Shown here in pieces: positions 49,301-61,300 of a stretch of 63,990 nt of DNA. Positions within the stretch are counted from its first letter, which is position 1, and each line of letters begins with the position of its first letter. The stretch is from the NCBI GenBank assembly GCA_002633005.1, contig NMRA01000027.1, forward strand, positions 533,275 through 597,264, written 5' to 3'. Made by a program: the position numbers and the translations under genes. The notes beneath the pieces were generated by a model. It worked only from the letters and a program-made list of their open reading frames with translations, was not told the DNA's origin and ran no database searches. This DNA is from Phoronis australis. Taxonomy: Eukaryota > Animalia > Phoronida.

Positions 49301-52300
49301 ACAATTACAGACAATCACACAGTTACATTACAACAAAGAAAAACATCAAATGAAACAAGCATGACATTTGAAATGATTTGTTGGAAGAGAGCTCACTGAA
49401 GCAATCATCAATTAGTTACCCACAAGAAACCTAAAACCATGAGAAGTCCGAAGTTGACTTACCTGAAAAAATTTTCAAATTGGGATGTGATGAACAGCTT
49501 TTTGTTACTATTCTAATAAATGATTAAAGGGGAAGGTGACAGTCTTTAGTTTCATTTTTGGTTGAATACAAGTTTTTTGGTCATCATAAACAAATTTACA
49601 TCAAGTTAATTTAGTTACCCAGGGTTCTAATTACTGCAAGTGTCACTCCAGAAGTGACATTCGTGGCCAGAATCATTCCCTGCCAGCATTGATTGTGCAA
49701 TGACATTGTGGACACATATTTTCCAAAAATTTAAGAAATTATCTGCCGTCGATGAGTATTCTTGGACAATTCTGAATGACTCAATGAGTGGGATTTAGCC
49801 ATTCTCTGACAAGAAACGGCTGGAGTCGGCGATCACAAAAACATCAAACATGTACACCGTGAAACTGTGCTAGTTGGTGGCCTTGTACGCTGCGATGACT
49901 GTTCACACACATTGGCTGACAACAATTTCATGGCTTTGAGTCACTATATAGGACGGGGCTCACGATGCTTCGCATTTCAAAAAAGTAATTCCAGCAGGTG
50001 GCGACGGACCAGAGAATTGAGATACTGAAGATATGACAACTACTGATCTAACTTCTTACAATGATGCATTGGATGGCAAACACAGACAGAGGAGCACGCC
50101 AACAAAACTGGCATGGAATCATTCGAGCTGCAAACTTCACTTCACGAGTGACACATAAATAATTATTGAGAACCCCCGGAATTAATGAAAATTTATCTTG
50201 TACAACCAAAAATGACACTAAAACAGATCCCCTTACTGTTTAAAATGCACCATCGAGTGAATATTGAGAGTACCATTTTTAGATGATACACTCAGCATTA
50301 TTAAAACCTTTAAGCAGAACTAGTAAGGCCTACCTTGACAATGGCTGTCCTCAGCTGTACAGACTCATGGTTGGACAAGACTATGAGAGTCTCAGGTCTG
50401 AGTACAATGCCTAGCAGTTTACTGAGTAGGTTATCTGGAAGGTTGATCACTACACCAGAAATCAGATTGAGCAACTCTGTAACATAGACATACAGTAAGG
50501 CTTGAGGTGGTTAAAGAGGAATGGTGGTGGGTACGAGGGGTACTAATGGGCTTGAGGGGTACTAATGGGCTTGAGGGGTACTAAGGGGCTTGAGGGGTAC
50601 TAATGGGGTTGAGGGGTACTAGTGGGCTTGAGGGGTACTAAGGGGCTCTAGGTCTGGGCTTGAGTTGAAGCAGGAATAAACTGTCTATGGCTATATATCT
50701 GTTATAGCAAAATGTGACATCAAGATGCACTTAACTTGATCAAAGATTTCATCATCAAGCACTTGTAATGCTAAACATCGGCACATTGGCTTCAAAATTT
50801 TTAACAGAATGGTAACGACAAAAGTGTGACCAAACATGTTTTAAGTGCTTTTAAATTTCTGGAATGAAACATGATGAGCTCATTTGGTCAGTGTAACATA
50901 ATCCTAGACCAACATTAATTGATCTCTTGCTTATTTATCCTTCGCTTTCAGTAACACCATGTCGACTGTGTTGCTAGTTCAAGTTATAAACAAACGTGAG
51001 TTACCTGAACAGATGATGACGAGACCCTTCTCATTTTCATCAACAAAGTCAAAGAGGCCCTCTGCGGGGACGAAGTCACTGTTGGGGACAATCTCCCACT
51101 CTTCACTCTCATCCGACATGACCTTCACCTTTGTACCACCCTCCCTGACCCCATTTTTATGAGGCATCATGGCAACAGACACGTCTTCTTCACCGATGCC
51201 CGACACTACATTATCATAACCATTACAGACATCATCATCATCGCTCAGAAACCAAGTGGGCTCTTCTTGTTGATTGTGAGCTATTGGGGAGATCTGATCG
51301 GATGGAAGAGGTTCTGGGTTTGTGGACGTGACAATCTTCAGCGGAGATCTGCCACTTATACGACTGTCATCATGGGTCAAGACTTTTCTAGCAGCAGATG
51401 GTGAGTTAGGCAAGCTTCTTGATGTGTTCAGGTTTCCTGAATAACACAATGGATATTTAGGTTAAATAATGACAAACTTTCAATAGCAACAATTGACTGC
51501 AGACTGACAAACTAGACTCATTTGTCAAAATCGTGGTCACCTCATTTGCGGTATGCAATGGTATCCAGAAAATATGGTAACCAAAAGCATTACAACAGTC
51601 GTCATGTTCACTTATGAAATAAGAATAAAATATAAATGTTTAACACTTAATAAACAGTTCAGGAGATCTAAAGCTGCCTAAAAGTTTTAAAATTTGTTGC
51701 CCTAAATAACGCTTCAAGTTAGATTTATCTCTACATCTGACTAACCTGCATCTGTCCGTTCCATTCTCTTCTGATTGGACAACTTCTTTGACGGTGTGCT
51801 AGACGTAGGAACGGAGGCTAGCAGTATCTTTTCCAATACTTTGATGTTCACTTCAGGCTTGGCCAACTCATCGCCTACAACAACCAAAAAATTATTTACT
51901 TCAACATAAAATTCAATTAATTCCAACATGCAGTGTAACTGATAGAAATATTGTCTCTGCTCAATAAACATGGTTTATAGCAACCACATAATTTATCAAT
52001 ATGCGCCAATCAAAATTAGGAGTGCCAACATTAGGTGCCAATAAGAAACTTTCTCGTACATACAACTCTTCAGCATTGTGAAAGTGCAAAAATCTTTCAC
52101 TTGAGCCAATTAATAACTATGATGAGCACAATAGGCTGAGTTGACAGGACAAAAGAAAAAGGTGATTTCATTCATGGTCATTGTGAGGCGTTAGGGATAT
52201 TTTGTGAATTATTTGAATAGTCCATCGGACAAAACTAGCGATTCAACGTAAAGTATTTATAAAAACTGCTGGGAAATACTCCCTGCAATAAATCCCTATA

Positions 52301-55300
52301 GATTAAATTAATTTAGAATGGTGGTGGGTCAACAAACTTATCGCTATGTAGTGACCAGGCGTATTTCATAACAAAGCCACTATGTCGGAAAATGGCTATT
52401 GTATGTTATTTTTACGTTATCTAATTGGATGTTGTTGAGACATAACAAAAATATATAAACTGCATTCACAGCTATCAAAAGGCCGTCAGTGATTTCTTTA
52501 ATTTTTTTGCTTTGAGTGCCCTTACATTTTTAGTTGAAAATTCTTTTTATTCCATAGGGATTTTCTTCTAAGGTTATGTAAGACCATAGAAAAATTTCAA
52601 ATCTGCCTAACTTCGGAACATCAAATCTCAGAAATTGCTTGTACCCAATTCATATAAAACTTTCAGACACTATGTTTTATGTACTACTCCTGTTAGGATT
52701 CAATGTTCAACATTTGTATGAGGATTTATAAAATAGCACCCCTGTGATTTTCGTGACAAATATCTAAAAGAGCATTAAATGAAATTGTCTTGTTTTTAAG
52801 AAAAGTCTAACAACTTTTTTGAGAAAAAAAGTATCAAATAAAATTTGATCACGTTGTAGATACCATTGTTTTGCTAAAATGTAACTTGACTCATTTTGTG
52901 TAAAAGTTACTAAAAGATGTGATCACGTGACCAAGTTAACGGAGGATTAATCCAATGTAAAAACAAATTTTTCAGGCTTTCTTTTTTCAGAAAACATACT
53001 TTTACCGTGTTAAAATCTATAATTCTGTAGATATTTGGATAGACACGTAGATTTGTTAATAAGGTCCTACATAACTTTAGAACCTTTTAACAGGTCGCTT
53101 TTATTTTTTATAAGTTAAAGAATGTAGAAGCTATAATCCTTGACAGAGTTCTCAGGCTAACAAGCCTCAAAAGAAAATCCTAGACACACTCTTGAAGCTA
53201 ACAGAATACAAAACAGAGTGTACAAATTTCATGTTAAAGAATTCATGTTTGTGGAAATTACGGCATCTCCATAGAGAAACACAATTTGAAGAAAAAAGCA
53301 GTCACATGATCACGGACATCTTAGCATTGATTTTGCGCACATAAAAATATTCAATCTGTAGTCAACGATTTCAAAAATATATAGCTTTATGGGTGTATTA
53401 TCAAATTAAAAAGTAACTTAAGAAATTTGATACTTGGTTAGGAAGGTATGCGCCATTATGGCTATAAAAATCAAGTCACCACCTATGTGCAGTCATTCTG
53501 TGTCACATCGTAATTGTAATTTATTCTACAAAGTACATAAGTTGTATTCTATTGAAAAGAAACCAATCAACCTCAACCTCAGAATAAATAAACACAAACC
53601 CCAATGCTGTGATGAGTAGAACTTCTTAGGTGTGTTGACGACATATGTACTTGCAGCAGGATGTACCACCAGCAGGAAGTCACAGATGGCGGCAACAAGG
53701 TTGATGTCTGGCGGAGATCCCAGCATCCTTTGTACCATCCGTATGATAATGTCACAGATAGGAGTGGGTAGGGACGGTAAACCATCTTGAATACGCTCCT
53801 GTCAAATGAATTATAGTTAGTGTGAGTCAAACTTTACTAGCCAATAGGTCAACTATGCACTAAATGTCATATGCACCCACCTTATTTTACAGACTAGACA
53901 AAATTATTGACTTTCAAAACAGACCTCAAGTCTAAACTTGATTGTACCTGCTTAGATTAGAAGGAAACATTTCTGGAAGCTTGCAACTCAATAAGCTGGA
54001 ATATACAGTATTGTCATTTGAAAGCAACACGGCTGGCAATGACTCAACAACAGACCAGACTGATTTACCTAGTAACTAGTTCATTCAAATCTTGCCTGAA
54101 ACATTCGGAAAGATCACAACTGAATGGTATACCTGACATGTGACGAGTAATCTCTCCATTACCCGACCACAGATCATCTGGTGCATATTGAATGCACAGT
54201 GGGGGTGATCTTCACGAATCAGCACTTCCAGCACCTGAAAGGCGAGGTACCACACTTCGACACCCGTCTTCTCCCAAACTTTCCAGGCCAACAGCAGCTC
54301 AGTAATGATATTGACATCTTGAATAATGGCCTCCGTGTCGGACAGGAGGCGCCACATTTTCGTTGACCTATTGAACTTGATCACTTGTTCACTGCAACAG
54401 GCATCTGTCAAGACCTAAAGATAAAGAACACTCAGATTTAAGGAAGCTTTTCAAAAAGGTTTCATGACTCCATAAGTTTTAGTTAATCCACAAGTGATCA
54501 CTTTATGAGGATTATTACTATGAACCAAATAAATTTTCTGTAACTACATCACTGCCTAAGTGACATAAAAATTCATTACTTTTTCAGCACATAACAATGT
54601 GGAAACAAAGAACTCTACCTTAACTGTCATAATTCGTTAACAGAAGAGAACTAATTCAACCTTTTACGTCGTGTAATTTTTGTATTACATTGTATCATAC
54701 AGCAAGAATTGCTAACCTTGAGTATTTGATATCCCAGAATGCAGCGGGAGCTCATTAGCACCTTTTTCACCATGGAGTAGGATGACATCATGTCAAAGTC
54801 ATGAGCATGCTTGGGACTGTGCCTTAGTAAGCTGAACAACAGCTGCAATGACTTGGCCTGCTCTACTTCACAGTGGGAAGTCTCCACAACCTGGAGGGAC
54901 GTTTGTAATGGGAGCAGATGATAAGTTGTAAGTCATTGTAAAATTGTAAACATGTTTACAAATTATGGAAGAAGTCGCCATTCAATAGACTTGCGGATGC
55001 ATCTACAGATTAAGCTTTACAACTGACAGAGGGAGTAGCACAGTTTACCTTACAGTGAGACGTAGAGACTGTAAAAACAAGCAAGCAAGATTTTACAGAA
55101 CTTGCAACTAGCTTCATAATGAGCGCACGTTTGAAAATCAAGCACAGTTCTCTTAACACTAGCAGTGTTTCATACAGGAGTGCTAAGTATTCAACCAAAA
55201 AAATTGCAATCAAATCCCAACAAAATTAATGTATTCAATGTACTTTTTGGTAAATATAGTCTACAATTTGATACAAAACACAAACCTTTGCAAAGAGAAA

Positions 55301-58300
55301 CAGAAACACGCCAACTCCTCCACTCTGGTCCACTGCCATTTCCCAGCTGACACGCTCTTCATTCTTGATTTCCGTCCAGCCGTCTATGACCACTGGCACT
55401 GGTTGTTGAAGTGTCAACTTGATGGCAGGTTTCTTCTGGGTGAATCCCGCCAGTATGCCGGGGAAGGCACGCGGCGATGTGGCACTGCCGCGGATATTGG
55501 GGTAAATGTTGAACTGCATGGCTTCCTTTGGATTGTAGACCAAGGCCAAGCTCTCCTGCAATGGTTCCATTGGTGTCACACATGATTATGTTTCAATAGT
55601 CAACCTTCTGTTCTATTCATTTTTCCCACTATAGTTTCTTATATACAGTTACCAATTGGGAAATAAGATTGAAGAGAACACAATTTCCACTCACCCGCAC
55701 TGCATCCAGTGGAACATTCATGTTGCCTGTCAGCATGTCGTGCATAATGTGAGACTTCAACAGGAGATCTTCGCTAATGTGATATTTGTAAATGGCATTC
55801 AACTCAGACGAGTCACACGCACTCAGTGTCGAGCAGCTTGGTCCCAGACAATACAAGTGGAATGCTACCTCTTTGGAGATGACACAGTCTGCAGAAAGAA
55901 AGAGAACCTTCAGGAAGCACAAGTAGACTTTCTCACTGATGACTGAAGGGGACAAGCAGCATACAAATTTTATCATGATCCATCCATGAGATTATCAGTG
56001 GATAAGCAACTTAAGGTATCAACTGACCTTACGACAGCACGATGCTCACCGTACGTGACCTCAAATTTTTTGTGAATGCATAAAAAGCAATCATATACAA
56101 CAGTCACTTGACTAAGTGTTTGTACAATGTAATACTTAAGAACACTTGGTGCAACAAAAGTTTGCCATATAGCATGTAGATATTAAGCGCGAAATTTGTT
56201 CAGAGCAAGACAGCGGAAACTGTATAAATAAACAAATTTATGTTTTCCAAAATAAATGAGATGAGAAATAGAAGTTGAGTATACCTCTAAAGAGCATGAT
56301 GTTGCCGACTTTCCATGTTCCAGGACAGAGGCTGGCCTCTTTCTCAACTCCACTGTGTCCGAGATAGAGCAAAACGGGCGACTTTGACTTGGAAGACAGG
56401 ACATAAAACGGACTAACCTCATGCGACTGTAATCCGTTCAACATAAACGCAATCTAAAAGTCAGCAAAAAGTCAGCTAAATGCAAGCAGTTCAACTTAAG
56501 TGTGACTCAAACTGGCTGACAAATAAAACAGCTTCTAATCATCATGGTATTCCTTTAGGTGACATGTAATTGGTCAACCTTGTGTATAAATACTTCATTG
56601 ATTAACTGCAGTGTGCGGTTGATATACCAAAAAAACTACTAGAAAATTTACGCTTACCTAGTGAAACTCAGTGATTGGCCTAAGAGGAAATGGATGACAG
56701 CTTCTATATTGCCACCAAAAAGTTGCAAAGCCAATAAACAGACTAAAAGCTTAAGATGGCTGACTGACGTTTACCTTGCCACCTGCTTTGGTCTTTTCTA
56801 CTCGGTCTTCATAGTTGACCACTAGATGTTGCCACTTGTCGCAGTGCAGAATTCTGGGAACAAGATGCTCCCACAAACACTGTTGTTCTTTACTATCATT
56901 GACATGTACTAGTCTGGAACAAATTGACAACATCAACAAAACAATTGAATAAATCGAAATGCATGAGACTAGGAGCAGCTCAACTGCTAGAAAATGTTCA
57001 ATGTACGGAACATACATTTTGCAGTCAGTACACTTCGCAGAAAATTTGAAAATATCACAATAGCAGCATGTCTGACAAAAACATGTGAAACACCATCTCA
57101 TATCAAATATGTAAAACACCATCTCATATCAAATATGTGAAACACCATCTCATATCAAATTACTTTAAGGGACCTTTACAGAATGAAGATTATATTAAAT
57201 GCAAAAATGGTTGACTGAACAAAAAGATGTGTTCCTTATTGCACAGTTGTTTTACACAATGAACTGTCTCTCAACACACAAAGTATTTAAGGATACAGTC
57301 ACCATATAACATTCAATCTCACCTTATAACAAGGCTCCCTGTGGTTAAATCTACCCAAAATTCAACAGTAAATTCCATGGAACCCAATGAGATGACATGT
57401 AGGCAACTGTCAATTAAAGACTTGCTCTTTTTCAGGTCGGGACGTGCGACTAAGCAAATACAATTTAAATGAAAACATTACGTAATGACAAGTTAACAAC
57501 ACAATATAAGAAAAGACAGAGCAGTTTGCAGCTCCCAAAACAAAGTAACAAATGAATGAACACTTTTAATGAACTGTAATGCCAGTTAATGAAGGCAAAG
57601 AAAAAATATCACCAAGTCGTCAAGCTAGCCAAAGGATGTACAAGACAGTACAGAGATATGAAATTTCATAATCCAGAACCACTAGGCAGAAGACACGATG
57701 TAGAACAACTAGTTACACTTTCACAAGCCCAAATACCTAAATTCAAACAGAGTATTTTTGAAATGTGTCCAGATCTTGGCTACCTTGGTTACCACAGATA
57801 AAATTTGAACAACTTTCTAAGCATTAACAGCAGAACCCTAAAATCATCAGTAATGATCCCTGAAGTAATCTTCAGATGTACGTAATCATGGAACTGTGTT
57901 TCATCAGAACAACTTTGATTTTTCACGAAAATTGTTGTTATTTCCACACAATCCTGAGATTACAAGCTTCAAGGCATTGCTACAATGAGCATGTAAATTG
58001 ATTAAATTCTGTTTTGATCAAACTGAAGGATTTTAAAAATAATTATGTAATTTTATGGCTATGAGCTTCAAGCAGAACACAGAGATCTGACACGGTTGTT
58101 GGGGAAATGTGTTATCTGATCTTGTTCAGAACTGGTGTGTTCATTCCAACACACGCTGAATAATATCCTGGCAGCTCTAACCATTCAAGCAATTATCATA
58201 ATCCAAAATAAAACTCAATGGGCCAATCAGACATGATCAATACTCACCATTTTCGAAGGGATCTTTAAAAGCTAAGTTCTTTCGCTTGAATTTTGGTTGT

Positions 58301-61300
58301 GTGTTGCTTTTATTAAAGTCCTTGTTGGTCTGAAGACACATCCACATGGAGAGGCTGAATCTGTGCACATTGTTATTCCATATCAGTTCCTCTAGTCCAA
58401 CATTTAGAGGCGCAATATGGGATGCAATCTGAGATCCATCAGATGACGATGCTGCCTCAGAGACTGCTGAACTCGCAGTGTTGCAGTAAATGTTTAGAGT
58501 CGATTTTGGAATGTTAGTCTCAGAGGTCACGTAACCAAACTCTTCCAGTCGCACAGCATCTTGCGTTCGAAGTGACGTCGTTAGACTATCCATAGCCAGA
58601 ACAGGGTATCTGTCCTCAATAAGTACTGGTCTGGGTGGAACTTGGCCAGGGACGGGAAAGCACACACTATGTGTTGGCTGGATATGGGCCGACTGCATTA
58701 AGCTGAGCAGGGAGGACAACAAGGCCATCTGGAGGGAAAATAACAGACTATGTAACAGCTAGTTACTGTTAAGCATAAAACTACATTAAGTACTTAAGGG
58801 CAGTGGTAAATGTACAACCGCTATGGTGAGTAAATATTCTCTAAAAAGAGGCAGAAATAAGAAAAGAGTAACAAAGATGACTAAACTTCACTTTAAATAA
58901 AGTTCTTGGTTTAAATTAGGATGTTTCATTAATTTTATTATTATTCACCTGATTGAGTTTTCATCGCAATCATTCAAATGTTTAATACTGAACAATTAGT
59001 TAACTCAGTAGAATGAAGTGGTCAACATAACTCAATAAACAAGGCAGGCCCATTCTCATCCTCAGGGGAGTAGAATGAAGTGGTCTATATAACTCAATAA
59101 ACAAGGCCTCTCACCCTCGGGGGATTGTCTTTGTCAAATATCTTCAGGTAGAGTCCCAGCTCACGGGATGAGATCATGTACTGAGCAAGAACAGAGAACA
59201 GCTCCAAAACAAGCTCACACTCAACTGGAAAATGAACAATAAGATGAAGGACAAGGAGCGACTTTCAATACACAAGGTGGCCCTAGTGAGACAACAGCTT
59301 TACGTATTAAGACATTCAGGCCTTCAGGTAGTTATGTGGAACATTGAGAAACGCTACATACAATCACAATTATATTAGAAATGATGGAAAGCAATTATCC
59401 TCAACAGGGGGCAGTATCTACAGGAAAGATATGATTAAAAGAACATAACATGGGTGCTGAACAAGATCAAAACAAACGGCCATTTGCAACTCAATTAGAG
59501 AACAAGGGACTTAAATTACAGGTAAAACCAATGACTCGCTACAGAAAATCATCATTTGTTGTCATTAAACTTTTACCTCTCATATCACCCAGAGCTGGAC
59601 AAGTGCTAAACACATCCTTGAAAAGGGTCAGAATGGTCTCAATGATACCCTATAAAATAAAACACATGATGGTGCAGTCTTAAACATTCAGCACAAACCC
59701 GGGAAAACTGGCCCAACAAAATTAAAATCTGAACATTTGAAACATTTTCCCAAACTTAAATGATAGTCTTCCCTGTACAGAGAATTTAATGAATCTGAAC
59801 TTGCCGAGTTAACACAAAACAGATTGACAAAAATGGACGCACACCTCGTTGTAAAGAAGGCGAACATTTTCTGAGTAGCTCTTGGCAAGCGTAGTCAACT
59901 TTTGCAGTGTGTGAATCAGCAGTTCATTACGTGATGGCGGTGGCAGATCGCTTAGGATACGCAACACAAACGTGCACATCTGCGGGTACTTTAGTTTCAA
60001 TTGTGTACCACTGGGGGCAGCAACAGTCAACTGCTTAGTATGCTCACTCACACCTATAAGAAGATAATATGATTTGAGCAAAAGTTGACATTAAAACTAA
60101 ATTGTAAAACATTAACTATTAATAGATTACAATGTTCACTCATTTTGTGGCATACAAATTTTCCATCAATTAACTGTTAATGGTGCATTTTACTTATAAC
60201 ATCTTGACAAAAAATCTGCGACTATTTTTAACACATTCATCAGTCGCCCAATATATTAAGACTATAAATCACTGGGAAGACACAACAAAACAGCAATGTC
60301 AAACATGTATCAACTGGCAGAAACAAACTCGGCATAAACATGAGCGAGGGAGATATGAGAATCAGCCAGAGCATGTAGTGAACAACTTACTAGGTATCAC
60401 AAAGATATCCATAACACTACTGGGAATTTGATAGACAGTCCTTTGGTAAGCATGCTAAATAAAACCATTAAACCAAACATGTAATACTGCCAGTTTTATC
60501 AGATTTTAGTTAGGATTTGTTAAAGTGAAGCACATACCACAGCCTTGTTATGAAGCTATAAAAATAATGTTTAGTCCTATACAATTGGTCGACTTGCTAT
60601 GATTACTGACCATTTGTTAACTCATAGATTGAATTAAGTTTTGGACTTGAAACTTTCAGTGCCAAAACACGCTTTTCATTTATTTTATAAATAGTATTCA
60701 GTGGAGGTAAAATGCACCCAAAATTTCAATCACCGACATTTTCTCATTACCCCGAGTTAGCAGCAGTTGACATGTAAGCACTTCCATTAAGAACTGAACT
60801 GTGTTGTTATTAAACATGACCAGTGTTATTATAATGCCCAAGTCGCAATGTGAAAATAAAACAAAATTAACAGCTTCCTTTGTATTCTTCAAAATTACTT
60901 ATTATTTTTTATCTTTGAATGAGCAGCTGCACATAACATCTTGACCGACCTTCAGAATGAGGTAGCGGTAACAAGGAACCAAATCACAAGTTATGGCAGA
61001 ATTTTGCAAACTTGACTCCCAACTTCACACAGTTTACCAAATTGAAAATTACAGCATGAAAATATTAAATCATTCACATTTCAGTAGTCAAGGTACGGAT
61101 CAAGGCATTGGGGGCTCTTTGTTTTGATCTGATATCAGTAGTATTCAGTGTAGTACCGTGTGACCTTACCTTCCTTGATGTCATCTACTAAACACTCGCT
61201 GTCTGCTTCGTAACCAAACTCAGTCAACTGAGTCTCACTACTGCTGGCCGTGTCGCTGGAATCAACTGCTTCGTCATCTTCGTTGAAATCATCTTCTTTC

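Noticed and set aside
52180-53450. AT-rich MITE-like intronic sequence
   Set aside because: No convincing TIR pair or TSD could be defined by eye.
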